From Heptranchias perlo (lineage: Eukaryota): a stretch of DNA of 64,000 nucleotides. Shown piece by piece: positions 1-13,044 of this stretch. The position numbers and the translations under genes were made by a program. The notes beneath the pieces were generated by a model. It saw only the letters and a list, made by a program, of their open reading frames with translations, did no database searches and was not told where the DNA came from. The stretch covers positions 46,438,001 through 46,502,000 of the forward strand of contig NC_090332.1 in assembly GCF_035084215.1 (NCBI RefSeq). Reading direction: 5' to 3'. How positions within the stretch are numbered: position 1 is the first letter of the stretch; the number at the start of each line of letters is the position of its first letter.

Positions 1-857
1 TCATGACGCTTCTATGATCTATGTACCTGAACCCCTAAGTCCCTTTGGACATCCACTGTTTTTAACTTTTTACCATTTAGAAAGTACCCTGTTCTATCCT
101 TTTTTGATCCAAAGTGGATAACCTCACATTTGCCTACATTGAATTCCATTTGCCACAGTTTTGCCCATTCACCTAATCAATATCGCTTTGTAATTTTATG
201 TTTTCATCTACACTGCTTACAATGCCACCAATCTTTGTGTCATCGGCAAACTTGGATATGAGACTTTCTATGCCTTCATCTAAGTTGTTAATAAATATTG
301 TGAATAATTGAGGCCCCAAGGCGGATCCCTGTGGGACTCCACTAGTCACATCCTGCCAACGTGAGTACCTACCAGTTATCCCTACTCTGTTGCCTTTTGC
401 TCAGCCAACTTCCTAACCAAGTCCATACTTTTCCCTCGATTCCACGTGCTTCTATCTTAGCTAACAGTCTCTTATGTGGGACTTTATCAAATGCCTTCTG
501 GAAGTCTATATAAATAACATCCATTGACATTCCCCTGTCCACTACGTTAGTCACCTCTTCAAAAAATTCAATCAGGTTTGTCAGGCATGACCTACCTTTC
601 ACAAATCCATGCTGGCTCTTTCTGATTAACTGAAAAGTCGAGGTGTTCAGTCACCCTATCCTTAATTATAGACTCCAGCATTTTCCCCACAACAGATGTT
701 AGGCTAACTGGTCTATAATTCCCTGGTTTCCCTCTCTCTCCTTTCTTAAAAAGCAGAGTGACATGTGCAATTTTCCAATCTAGAGGGACAGTTCCTGAAT
801 CTAGAGAACTTTGAAAGATTATAGTTAGGGCATCTGCAATATGCTCCCCTACTTCCT
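1..857 (-). mobile_element. CR1 LINE fragment (ORF2 RT), 5'-truncated, continues beyond the window
   Basis: PGNYRPVSLTSVVGK, KGRSCLTNLIEFFE, DFQKAFDKVPH, GVPQGS, FADD motifs with disruptions. Confidence 0.9.
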
Positions 858-3800
858 TTAAAGTCTACTCAATCTTTCCTCATAGGACAACCCTCTTATC
901 CCAGGAATCAATCTACTGAACCTTTGTTGGACCACCTCCAAGGCAAGTATATCCTTCCTTGGGTAAGGAGACCAAAACTGTACACAGTGCTCCAGGTGTG
1001 GTCTCACCAAAGCCCTGTACAATTGCAGAAAGACGTCCTTACTCTTATACTCCAACCCCCTTGCAAAAGGCCAACATACCATTTGCCTTCCTAAATGCTT
1101 GCTATCCTTCCATGTTAACTTTGTGATTCATGTACAAGGATACCCAAATCCCTCTGAACACCAACATTTAAATAGTTTCTCACCATTTAAAAAATATTCT
1201 GTTTTTCTATTCTTCCTACCAAAGTGAATAACCTCACATTTCCCCACATTATACTCCATCTGCCACCTTCTTGCCCACTCACTTAACCTTCTATATCCAT
1301 ATCCAATTAGAGGGTGAGAAGGTTGGTTCTCAAACAAGCGTACTGAGCTTGAATAAAGGAGACTATGATGGTATGAGAGTGGAATTGATTAAAGTGGACT
1401 GGGAAAATAGTTTAAAGGGTAAGACGGTACATGAACAGTGGTGTTCATTTAAGGAGTTATTCTAGAACTTTCAAAAAAAAATTCCACTGAGGAAAAAAGG
1501 GTGTAAAAGAAATGACAGCCATCCGTGGCTAAGTAAAGAAATTAAGGATAGTATCCGACTAAAAACAAGGACATATAAGGTAGCCAAACTTAGTGGGAGG
1601 ATAGAAGATTGGGAAGTCTTCAAAAGACAGCAAAAAGTAACGAAAGGATTGATTAAGAAAGGGAAGATAGATTATGAAAATAAATTAGCAAAAAATATAA
1701 AAACAGATAGCAAGAGTTTCTACAGTTATATAAAAAGAAAAAGGGTGGCTAAGGCAAACGTACGTCCCTTAGAGGATGAGACCGGGAAATTAATGGTGGG
1801 AAACATGGAGATGGCAAAATTGCTGAACAAATATTTTGTTTCAGTCTTTACGGTAGAGGACACTAAGAATATCCCAACAGTGGACAAACGGGGGGCTCTA
1901 GGGGGCGAGGAGCTAAATACGATTAAAATCACTAAGGAATTGGTACTCAGTAAATTAATGGGACTCAAGGCGGATAAATCCCCTGGACCTGATGGCTTAC
2001 ATCCCAGGGTCTTGAGGGAAGTGGCAGTAGGGATTGTGGATGCTTTGGTAATAATTTTCCAAAATTCTCTGGACTCGGCAAAGGTCCCGGCAGATTGGAA
2101 AACTGCTAATGTAACACCGTTATTTAAAAAGGGTATTAGGCAGAAGGCTGGAAATTATAGACCAGTTAGCCTAACATCTGTGGTGGGTAAAATTTTGGAG
2201 TCTATTATTAAGGAGACAGTAGCGGAACATTTGGATAAACATAATTTAATAGGACAAAGTCAGCATGGCTTTATGAAGGGGAAGTCATGTCTGACAAATT
2301 TGCTTGAGTTCTTTGAGGATATAACGTACAGCGTGGATAAAGGGGAACCAGTGGACGTAGTGTATTTAGGCTTCCAGAAGGCATTCGACAAGGTGCCACA
2401 TAAAAGATTATTGCTCAAGATAAAGAATCACTGGATTGGGGGTAATATTCTGGCATGGGTGGAGGATTGGTTATCTAACAGGAAGCAGAGAGTTGGGATA
2501 AATGGTACATTCTCGGACTGGCAACCAGTAGCCAGTGGTGTTCCGCAGGGGTTGGTGCTGGGTCCCCAACTCTTTACAATCTATATTAACGATTTGGAGG
2601 AGGGGGCCGAGTGTAACATATCAAAGTTTGCAGATGATACAAAGATGGGAGGGAAAGTAGAGAGTGAGGAGGACATAAAAAACCTACAAGGGGTGAGTGG
2701 GCGGAGATTTGGCAGATGCAATACAATATTGGAAAATGTGAGGTTATGCACTTTGGCAGGAAAAATCGGAGAGCAAGTTATTAGCTCAATGGCGAGAAAC
2801 TGGAAAGTACTGCAGTACAAAGGGATCTGGGGGTCCTAGTGCAAGAAAATCAAAAGGTTAGTATGCAGGTGCAGCAGGTGATCAAGAAGGCCAACGGAAT
2901 GTTGGCTTTTATTGCTAGGGGGATAGAATATAAAAACAGGGAGGTATTGCTGCAGTTATATAAAGTATTAGTGAGACCGCACCTGGAATACTGCATACAG
3001 TTTTGGTGTCCATACTTAAGAAAAAAGACATACTTGCTCTCGAGGCAGTACAAAGGAGGTTCACTCGGTTAATCCCGGGGATGAGGGGGTGGACATATGA
3101 GGAGAGGTTGAGTAGATTGGGACTCTACTCATTGGAGTTCAGAAGAATGAGAGGCGATCTTATTGAAACATATAAGATTGTGAAGGGGCTTGATTGGGTG
3201 GATGCGGTAAGGATGTTCCCAAGGATGGGTGAAACTAGAACGAGGGGGCATAATCTTAGAATAAGGGGCTGCTCTTTCAAAACTGAGATGAGGAGAAACT
3301 TCTTCACTCAGAGGGTGGTGGGTCTGTGGAATTTGCTGCCCCAGGAGGCTGTGGAAGCTACATCATTAAATAAATTTAAAACAGAAATAGACAGTTTCCT
3401 AGAAGTAAAGGGAATTAGGGGTTACGGGGAGCGGGCAGGAAATTGGACATGATTTTAGATTTGAGGTTAGGACCAGATCAGCCATGATCTTATTGAATGG
3501 CGGAGCAGGCTCGAGGGGCCGATTGGCCTGCTCCTGCTCCTATTTCTTATGTTTTTATATCCCTTTGCAGCCTGTGTCCTCCTCACAGCTTACTTTCCCA
3601 CCTAGCTTTGTGTCATCAGCAAACTTGGATACATTTCACTCTGTCCCTTCATCTAAGTTATTAATATAGATTGTAAATAGCTGAAGCCTAAGCACTGATC
3701 CTTGCGGCACCCCACTAGTTACAGCCTGCCAGCCTGAAAATGACCCGTTTATTCCTGCATTGTTTTCTGTCCATCAACCTATACTTTATCCATGCTAAAA

Positions 3801-5150
3801 TATTACCCCCCAACCCCATGAGCCCTTATCTTATGTAACAACCTGTTGTGTGGCATCTTTTCGAATGCCTTTTGAAAATCCAAATATACTACATCCACTG
3901 GTTCCCTTTATCTAAGCTGCTAGTTACATCCTCAAAAACTAATACATTTGTCAAACACGATACCATGTTGACTCCGCCTCATCACTTGATGATTTTCGAA
4001 GTGCCCCGTCCATAATAATGGATTCCAACATTTTCCCGACGATTGATGTCAGGCTAACTGCCTGTAGGTCCCTGTTTTCTCTCTCCTTCCTTTCTTGAAT
4101 AGCAGGGTTACATTTGCTACCTTCCAACCAACTGGGACCATTCTAGAATCTAGGGTACTTTGGAAGATCACAACCAATGCATTCACTATCTCTGCAGCCA
4201 CATCTTAGAACCCCAGGACATAGGCCAAAGGCCATCAGGTCCAGGGGATTTGTCAGCTTTAAGCCCCATTAATTTCTCTAATACTTTTTCTTCATTAACT
4301 ACTTTTAAGTTCCTCACCCTTATTGGACCCTTGGTTCCCCACTATTTGATATGGTTTTTGTGTCTTCTGCTATGAAGACAGATACAAAATATTTAACATC
4401 TCTGCCATTTCCTTATTCTCCATTATAATTTCTCCTGTCTCAGCCTCTAAGGGACCAATGTTTACTTTCTCTACTGTCTTCCTTTACACATACTTGTAGA
4501 AGCTCTTACAATCTGTTTTTATATTTCTTGCTAGTTTACTCTCTCATTCTATTCACTTCTATTAATTTTATGGTCATCATTTGCTGGTTTCTAAAACTCT
4601 GCCAATCCTTAGCCTCTTCTTTTAATCGAATACTATCTTTAACTTCTTTTGTTAGCCACAGATGGATCACTTTTCCCGTAAAGATTTTATTCCTCAATGG
4701 AATGTATATTCTTTCCAAATTGAAATATTTCTTTAAATGTTCACTGTTGCTTATCTACAGTCATATTTTTTAATCTAATTTCCCAATCAACCTTTGCCAA
4801 CTCGCCTCTCATACCCATGTAATTGGCTTTATGTTTAAGACTAGTTTCAGAATTAAATACGTCACTCTTGAACTCAATGTGAAATTCTATCATGATCACT
4901 CTTCCTCATAGGATCCCTTACTATGATATTACTAATAAACCTCTCATTACACAAGACAAGATCTATAATAACCTGTTCCCTGGTTGGTTCCACAACGTAT
5001 TGTTCTCGGAGACCGTCTCAAATGCATTCTGTGAACTTGTCCTCCAAACTACTTTTGCCAATTTAATTTGCCCAGTCTATTAAGATTAAAGGCCCCCCAT
5101 GATTATTGCATTACCTCTGTTACAAGCTCCTCTTATTTCTTGATTAATAC
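858..5150 (-). mobile_element. Older CR1 LINE split by the plus-strand CR1 (pieces 858-1298 and 3556-~5150)
   Basis: LYRALVRPHLEHCVQFWSP and WARRWQMEYNVGKCEV on the left; RT reading resumes after 3556 (FADD region, GVPQGS). Confidence 0.85.
1299..3555 (+). mobile_element. Young 5'-truncated CR1 LINE, 2.26 kb, nested
   Basis: ORFs 1649-2839, 2839-3072 and 3003-3452 give a nearly continuous ORF2; CR1 3' end CCTGCTCCTATTTCTTATG; TATATCC direct repeat at 1292-1298 and 3556-3562. Confidence 0.93.
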
Positions 5151-6149
5151 TGTGTCTACCACCTATTGGTCCAGTTACCTAAAAAGATACAGAATCTGGT
5201 TGCACTCTCATTGTTCCAGTGCTTACTATTTTGGTATCATCCATTAACAGAAATGTTACTTACAATACCCTCATGCATGAGGTAGCAACAATGGGGACAA
5301 TATCAGTGTCCACTGGCTTGGACAGAAGATCCAGGAAGAAAAAAAGAAATCAGAGGCTCGTGTGCTATTTGATAACCCCTACTGCAAGATTCCAGACACT
5401 AAATATAGACACAGTGTGCACCCGCACATGAAGAATGTGCACTTTAGCACCCACCGTATTCTATCTAGCTTGAAAAACCACCTTCGGAAGAACAAAGAGA
5501 AAATTTAAGAAAAGTGAACCAACATTTTCAAAAGAATTTAAGGCAGCCCCAGTATATTAGCCTCGGAAAAATAGGTTAACAAATAAGCCTACCTCCTTAA
5601 TAAAAAACAAACACTGTTCTGGTTACATAAAGTGAACATTTATGGATAATTCTTTTTTAGCACTGGTACTATGCAACACAATCAAATTACACAATTTCCA
5701 CTACAATTTTTAAATCCTCAAATAAAGTTTACAACCCAGTCACTCAATACAGTACTTTTCTTTAAAACCCCCTCTGAATGTTGGAGGACAAGGTGGGATG
5801 GTAGATTAGCACATTGACCTTTCACCTCAGGTTCTACAATTCATATCCAGTCATGACATTGATAGGCCCTCTCTTGACTGGCTGCAAATGATCCACACAA
5901 ATATCAGTTTGGGTAGCCTCGAACAAGTTCCTAAATGGAGAAGCTGCATGCACTGAAAGATAGTCTACAGGTCACAATCTCAGAAAAAAGATTTCTCCCA
6001 GCTAAATGACAGACAGTTGAAATGATCCTCTCCTCTACAAGGTTTGTGCAAGTTATAGTAAATGGTAGCTCCAAGTTCATCCTGATGGGATTTGCCTGGG
6101 AGGTTAAGGGTAAATTGTAGAGTTGACCTCTAGGAGTTAGTGCATTTTC

Positions 6150-7490
6150 AAGTGAGTGCAAGAGAGAAGGCTGAAGTGTTTAGTGTCTTCAGCCAAAAAT
6201 GTCAAGTGGAGAATCCTACTCAGCCTCCTCCCGAGGTCTGCACCATCATACATTCCAGTATCCAGTCAACTCTGACATTATGCAGTTAGTGAGGCTATGG
6301 ACCCAAACAGCATCCTAGCTGTAGTGCTAAATCCCTGCACACCAGAACTAACCACCCCGTGGGCAAGCTAGTCCAGTGCAGCTATGACACTGGCATGTAC
6401 TCAGTGTGGGATATTACCATAGCCGCACAAAAAAAAATTATAAATCTAAGCTGGCCAATTGCTATCAACCTTCTCCCAATCATTAGAAAAAGTGGTGGAA
6501 GAAGTTATCCGTACAGCTATCAAATGGCACCTCAGTAATAACCTGCTCACCAATGCTCAATTCAAGTTCTAGGCTAACATGGCTTCAGACTTCATTACAG
6601 CCTTGATCCATACAATGACAACTGAATGCCAGCTGCCCTCAGTATAAAGGCAGCACTCAATTGAGTATAGCATCATAGAGCCCTGGCAAAACTGAGGTCA
6701 ATGGGGATCATGGGGAAAACCTCACAGTGGCTGGAATGATATATGACACAGCGAAGATGGTTGTGGGAGGTCAATCATCACAGCCCCAGCACATCACTGC
6801 AGGAGCTCCTCAGGGCAGAACTCTTAGCTCAACCATCATCAGCTTCTTCAATGATCTTTCCTTTGTCAAAAGTTCAGCAGTGGATTGTTCTGACGATTCC
6901 AGTATTCAGCTACATTCACAACTCCTTAGATAACGAAGCAGCGCTGCTGGCCTACAGGAGGACCTGGGGAACATCCAGGCTTGGGCTGACGGGTAATATT
7001 CACACATTAGTGGTGTCTCCAAGAGAAGGCCCAACCAACCTTCAATAGCTCCACCATTGCTGAATGCCCCAGCAACATCTTGGGGTGGTTTACCATTGAC
7101 TAGAAGCTTAATTGGACTTGCCATATCAACATCATGGCTACAAAAGCAGGACAGGGGCTGAGTACTCTGTGGCTGCAGGATGTACTACAGTAACTCACCA
7201 AGCTTGCTTTGATAGCACCTCCCAGCCCCGCGACCTCGACCATCCAGGAGGAGCACAATGGCAATATCACCACAAAGTTCCCTTTCCAAGTCACACTATC
7301 CTGACTTGGACATACATTGCTGTTCCTTAATCATGAGGACAAAATCCTGAAAGTCCCCATCATGGGGAAATCACCACCACAAAGACGACAGCAGATCAGG
7401 AAGGAGTCCACTGTCACCTTCACAGAGCAACCATGGATGGGCAACAAATGTTGCCTTGCCATCCCACATGTGAGCAAATTAAAAGAAAAC
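6150..7490 (+). mobile_element. Decayed CR1-group LINE, family B
   Basis: Colinear by eye with 55070-56688 (VVGGQSSQPQHITAGAPQG; 3' GATGGGCAACAAATG...). Confidence 0.8.
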
Positions 7491-7714
7491 TTCCACCGAT
7501 TATAGAGTACACGTTACAATATAGTACCAACTCTTAAGATTAAAGTGTAAATGTTAACTTTAATATTCCAAGAACATTATAATTCTCCCAACTCCCATAG
7601 CTCTTGCTGCCAAGCCACTACCCATCTAGAATAAAATCAGATATTATTTTCTTCTACATATCCTTATAAACTGGAAATAAAGGATAAGTATATCCAATAA
7701 TTCTTCAATCTCAC

Positions 7715-7909
7715 CTTGTTAATCATATTTAAAGTGCATTCGAAGACAGCATCAAATATCTGAGGAATTTCAGATGTGATATGTCCACCCAGTTTGTTCA
7801 CAATGGTTGCCATGGTGCTAAGTACTTCTGGTTCTCTAGCAGCCGGTACATTCCTCTGGTAGTCAATAAGCACTGCATCCAGCAATGGAGGAACAAAATT
7901 TTCACCTAC
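7715..7909 (-). CDS. XPO1: Exportin-1 exon 20 (last exon in window)
   Basis: VGENFVPPLLDAVLIDYQRNVPAAREPEVLSTMATIVNKLGGHITSEIPQIFDAVFECTLNMINK; tag|GTA ... AAG|gtgag; 195 nt. Confidence 0.97.
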
Positions 7910-9129
7910 CTATAACAACCAACATTGTAAAGTTTACTTTTCCACACCAATGGGAGGGTTTGAACAATAACCAAACTTAAAACAAATCTGGAAACAGACC
8001 ACAATTAGGGAGTCTTCTCTCCACCCCCCACCCCCTCCTCATTTGTAAAAGGCAGGTCATGTCTGACAAATTTAGGAGTTCTTTGAAGAAAGTAACCATA
8101 CTTGCATATTAAAAAAAAACATTAACTTAAAAAAACATTACCTTCAGTATATGGGGCATGTGTTGCATTGAAAATTTCTATGTTAACCTCCTCTAACGGG
8201 AAATGCCAATATAAAAAAAGTGTCTACATTTAACTGCAATATCTGTTACACCTGTAGGTGTCACTGTGATATGACTTGCAGTGTTAAAGGTGTTACAGCT
8301 TGCTTGAGACATAAGGCTATGGGTATTGACACCTGCCTGTCATTACTCACCAGACTTCATGGGTCTAAACAGATTTGAGTCTGCACACAGTACCAGGTGC
8401 TGCTGTAGAGGAGCTTTTAGATTCTCAGCCATCACAGTGTATCGGCCACTTTTGTAAAGGTAAACAATTAGTAAGTAAGTTTCCTTCTAATCTTAAAGAA
8501 AAATTGCACCTTCACTGGAGCTCCAGTGCCATTTCCCCCCCTCTTCTGCCCTGTCGCTGGTCACGAGGTCTGCCCGGCTTCTGATGTGGCCACTATAGCT
8601 GTTTTCTTACATCACTGGCTAGCTTCTTCAGACACCAGTTCCCACCTCTCTCAATTCGGCTATCCTGGCTGATATATAACTCCCCTCAGCAACCTGTTTC
8701 TGGCCTTGGTACTGGCCCTCGATGTAGCAAGCTCCCTTCCACAACTCCGCTCTTGTGCCAAGAGTTCCAGTAGAGCAAACGGAAGGGTGGTCCTTTATGA
8801 GTATATAATAAAAATGAAGGATGCCAGAGCTTGAAGTTTTATTTTAAAAATCAGATTTCAACAACTGATCCAAACTGAAGTCAGAGATAAACCTCAGCAA
8901 GCAAGTGAGCGTGTTTGGAGAGTTATCTACCAAAACCTTACTACTGCTCAGTCTCCCCGTCATCCACTTTTCTCCCTTTCCTCTCCACCATCCCGCTTCT
9001 GACCTCTTCACCTGCATCATCGCAGATCTCCCGTGGCCCTAGTCCAATTATCCCACACTTTCATTCCACTTGACCTGAAGACTACGGTTGCTTTTGTGCA
9101 ATGCCATAGATCAACCAAATTTTAAAAAT

Positions 9130-9900
9130 AGAAACATATAAAATAAATTATCTGCACTTGGGTATGGAGATGAGAAAACTAGAGAATGGTTAACTGAAAA
9201 GGTGTGTAAACAATTTCAGGAAGTCCCTAATAGGATAGCAGATGAAAATTTAATCTGGAGAAATGAGAGGTGATGCATTTTAGGAAAAACAAACTTAAAA
9301 AAAAAGAGGTAAAGGCACAGACACACTCAGGGGTTCTGATGTAAAAAGTAGGACGACAAGTTGATAAAACTGTTGGGGGGCAGAAAAAGCAAATGGGATC
9401 CTTAGTTTTATGAACAAGGACATTGAGTGCAACAGCAAAAAAGGTATTAATCCTACTCAAATCATCAGTTATGCCAGAGTTAGAATACTGTATTCAGTTT
9501 TGGGTCCTTACTTCAAGAAGGATGTAAAGAACACCGAGAGGGTGCAGAAAAGAATGACATCAGGAATGAGAAGCTTTATTTGAGACTAGAGAAACTGGAG
9601 CATTTTATTAGAATAAACTTAAAAGCAGATCTAATATATAGTTATGAAGAGTTTGGATAAGGTAAATAGGGAAAACTATTTCCAATGGTCAGTGAGGCAA
9701 TTAAGATCACCAAAAAGAGTGGTTAGGACATGGAATGTCTTGCCAGAAACAGTGATGAAAGCAGAATCCACAGTAATCGCTCTTAATGAGGGAAGTTGAT
9801 AAATGGGTAAGGGGATGAGTGGCTTTCAGGAGCTGACACAGGTGCAATGGACTAAATGGCTTTCTTCTGTGCTTTAAAATTCTATGATCCTGTGATTTGG
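9130..9900 (+). mobile_element. Decayed CR1 3' fragment
   Basis: TTAGAATACTGTATTCAGTTTTGG motif; 3' end AAATGGCTTTCTTCTGTGCT..TTCTATGAT. Confidence 0.7.
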
Positions 9901-10049
9901 AAGTAAATTAATTCCAACCTTCTTTGCCCTAACCTGTGCCATATATTTCCCCATTAAAAGGACTGGGAGGTATCCTGTACGTGGGTGTCTACCAATGTTG
10001 CTCTATGATAAAAGTTAATTGCTGTGCTGTTAGTTTGAGATTGAAGCCA

Positions 10050-11505
10050 AGCACATCTCCAGGCTTAAATGGTTGCCATCAGAGGGTATTAAAAGAATAC
10101 AAGCAAAGAAATTAAGGATGCAATTGTTATAATCTTCCAAAGCTTGCCAATTTCCAGCTCAATACTAGTGGATTGGAAGGCAGCATACGTGACAGTTATT
10201 GAGAATGGGAGGGAGGGAAAAAGCAAGTAACTTTACGCCTGTTAGTACTAGGCAAATTGCTAGATGCAGTGAGTACCTGTAAAAAGTACAAGCTGATTAG
10301 GGAAAGTTAGCATGGGTTTTGTGAAAGGCTGGTCACATTTAACTATTTCCAAAAGAAGCTCTGACACTGAGGTAGTAGACAAGAGGTGGATCAATGGATA
10401 GCACATTCTTGGATTTTGCAGATAATACCAAGCTAGGAGCACAATGATTTGTCAATTGTACAAACATTTATGAGAAAATAGATATAAGCAAGTAGTACAT
10501 TATTGCAGATACAGTTCAATTTGAAGTGCAAAGTAGTACGCTTTGGAAGCAAATGGGAATATTCTAAATAGTGGACAGATGGGGGTGGGGGTGAAGCAAT
10601 GGAGGGTAGATGAACAAAAAGGTATTTAGGGTGTCCAAATACACAACTTTTGAAAAAGCATTAGGTGCATAGTGATAAAAGGTTTTGGGAGGCTGGGATT
10701 CATCACAAAAAAAGAGAGGACAGGAGAGAGAAAAGGATTCCAAGGAAAGAAAAAAAAAAACTTGCTTTTTTTTTTAAAAAGCACCTTTCACAATCTTAGG
10801 ACATCCCAAAGTGCTTTACAGCCAATGGAGTACTTTTGAAGCAGTCACATAATATAGTGAAACGTGGCAACCAATTTGCATGCACTAACATCCCACAAAC
10901 AGCAATGAAATAAATGACTAGATAATCTGATTTTGTAATGTTGACCAGGACATGAAAGTACTACTGTCATTATACAGAACAGCGCTCAGACCACATTGAC
11001 TGTTGGTTTTGGGCAGCTTACAAAAGACAAATAGGCCTTGGGGTGGGCAATCCGCAATGAATTACTGGATTGATGCCTATGATGAAGGAATTTAAACTAA
11101 GAGACTGGGTAAACTTGAGCAACATTCCCTAGAGATGAGGAGGTTAAAGGACAATCTGATAAAAGTGCTTAAATAATGAAGGGAACTGACTAGGTAGATA
11201 GAGAACAACTCTTCCCCTCTAGTTAGGGAATCTAGAACATGGGCACATAATACTAAAATAAACAAAGCTGATTAAAAGCAATCCCAGAAAATCAATTCTA
11301 CACAGAAAGTTGCAAGACTAGAATGCAATACCCCAGAAAGCCGCAGATGCAGAATCAATTGAGGTGTTTAAAATAAGATAAGACAGATACTTGGAAAGTA
11401 TTTGTATTAAAAAATATGGAGAAAGGACAGGAACTGAGAGATATTGGAGCTGCTATGGCCAACGAATAAAGTACAGCAGGTTTGATGGGTTGAATGGCAA
11501 ACACT
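10050..11505 (+). mobile_element. Decayed CR1 interrupted by a SINE
   Basis: Degenerate RT motifs (CAGCATGGGTTTTGTGAAAGG-like) and a CR1 3'UTR at ~11480-11500. Confidence 0.6.
10745..10952 (-). mobile_element. DeuSINE/SacSINE1-like SINE, 3' half
   Basis: GGACATCCCAAAGTGCTTTACAGCCAATG..CCCACAAACAGCAATG shared with the other copies. Confidence 0.75.
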
Positions 11506-12150
11506 CAATTGAGAAATAAGATGGTGGATCAAAAACTTCAAGGAAAATTGCTGCAAGGTCACCTGAATAGGCTCAAACTGTTCCATTAGTTTTAGTTTTA
11601 ATGTGGGCAAATGGGCTCTAGACCAGACTCAGCAATGTGCAAAATCACCTTCAGACTGTCCAATGTCTCCAATTTATCAGAGATGCAAAATCATGGTTCT
11701 TTGATGCATTTTTAAAACGTAAATGATCAATTTCACTTCAAATTTCTTTTGGCTATTTTATCATGATTAGAATTGCAGAATCTGGGTTTGAATCTAGCCA
11801 GGACCAAAGGTCCTACAAAATACAAGTTGGGCAGTCTCAAATCAGTCCCTTGTGGGCATGGGCCAACAGCACAAAACTGCCCCTAATTTGGTACCTCTCC
11901 TCAGAAGGATGGCTGGTGTGCAAAAATTATACTGGTAATAATGGGAGTAGATGGTGCAATTCTGAGGATGGGGCAGAATAAAATGTTTACACTGCATCTT
12001 ACTATGCCATTACTAGATCTCCAGGCATTTCAAGCAGACACAGGATGTCTGAAGACACTTCATCTTAAGCACAGAAAAAAAAGTAACATTTTAATTTTCC
12101 ATGTTCATGGTTTTATGACTATTAGAAGCTACTATTCATTCATTACTTAC

Positions 12151-12257
12151 CATCTGTGGATCATTGGACCGGCTCACCCAACCAGAAATGAGCTTCAGGG
12201 TCTCCCTTTTTACTGTCCGCATACTTCTGATCAGAGGCTGTTTTGTAACCATATCAC
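12151..12257 (-). CDS. XPO1: Exportin-1 exon 19
   Basis: (G)DMVTKQPLIRSMRTVKRETLKLISGWVSRSNDPQM; tag|GT ... ATG|gtaag; 107 nt. Confidence 0.97.
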
Positions 12258-12860
12258 CTATAATATAACATCTGATATCAATACAATATGTCTAGCAAAT
12301 TAGAGACATTCATTCTGTTAAAGAATGCAACTTCCATTGTTTAAACATTTTTCACATGTCCTCTCCATTCAGGGTCAAATTGCATCCCTAAAAACTGGTT
12401 CCCTACAAATCTATCAAAACAAAAAACGTACAAAATCTGTTCATATTCTATTGAGAAGGTGCCAAGGTATATCTAGCTGCAACAATAGCAGATCATCAGT
12501 TTACACGAGAGTCAGAGACAATATACCTCTATAGACATTGCTACATGCCTGCTCACTCTAACTCCATCAACTTGGAAAGCAATGTACACCTGGCATTGGA
12601 CCTCAATTAGCATTAATGTTAATTAAGTTGAAAAACCATTTACAAGGCCGTTTTTCCTTCATTTTCATAGAATGAATTCCAACACTCTGATCAGCATCTC
12701 AAAGGAGCATTGAAACAATTAGATAGTAATATCATCAAGCAGCTCTGGAGCTCAAGATGTATAACTTGTATTGTGAAGCAATTGCTCTTACTATGATGCA
12801 TCCATCACTTCACAGCACATCATTTTTTTTTAAAAAGTACAAAACAAATATTTAACCAAC

Positions 12861-13044
12861 CATTAGTTTGAATTGCTGCTGAAATATTTTCACTGAGGCA
12901 CTTGTACACATTCAGCATATCCAGATAGATTCGACCAAGCTGGATGACAAATGGGTGACCAACTGCTTTGCAGGCGCGAACATTAGTTTTCAGAATACTG
13001 CCAAGCTGTTTTACAGTTTCGGGATCTTTAAGAATGTCAACATT
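12861..13044 (-). CDS. XPO1: Exportin-1 exon 18
   Basis: NVDILKDPETVKQLGSILKTNVRACKAVGHPFVIQLGRIYLDMLNVYKCLSENISAAIQTN; gtag|AAT ... G|gttgg (weak donor); 184 nt. Confidence 0.96.

Noticed and set aside
1649-2839. 396-aa ORF as a host gene or intact RT
   Set aside because: A 5'-truncated CR1 ORF2 piece with an upstream stop and downstream frameshifts
1-7714. Apparent absence of XPO1 exons 21 onward
   Set aside because: I saw no DFEEYPEHR-like coding; intron 20 is simply TE-expanded and runs past the window edge
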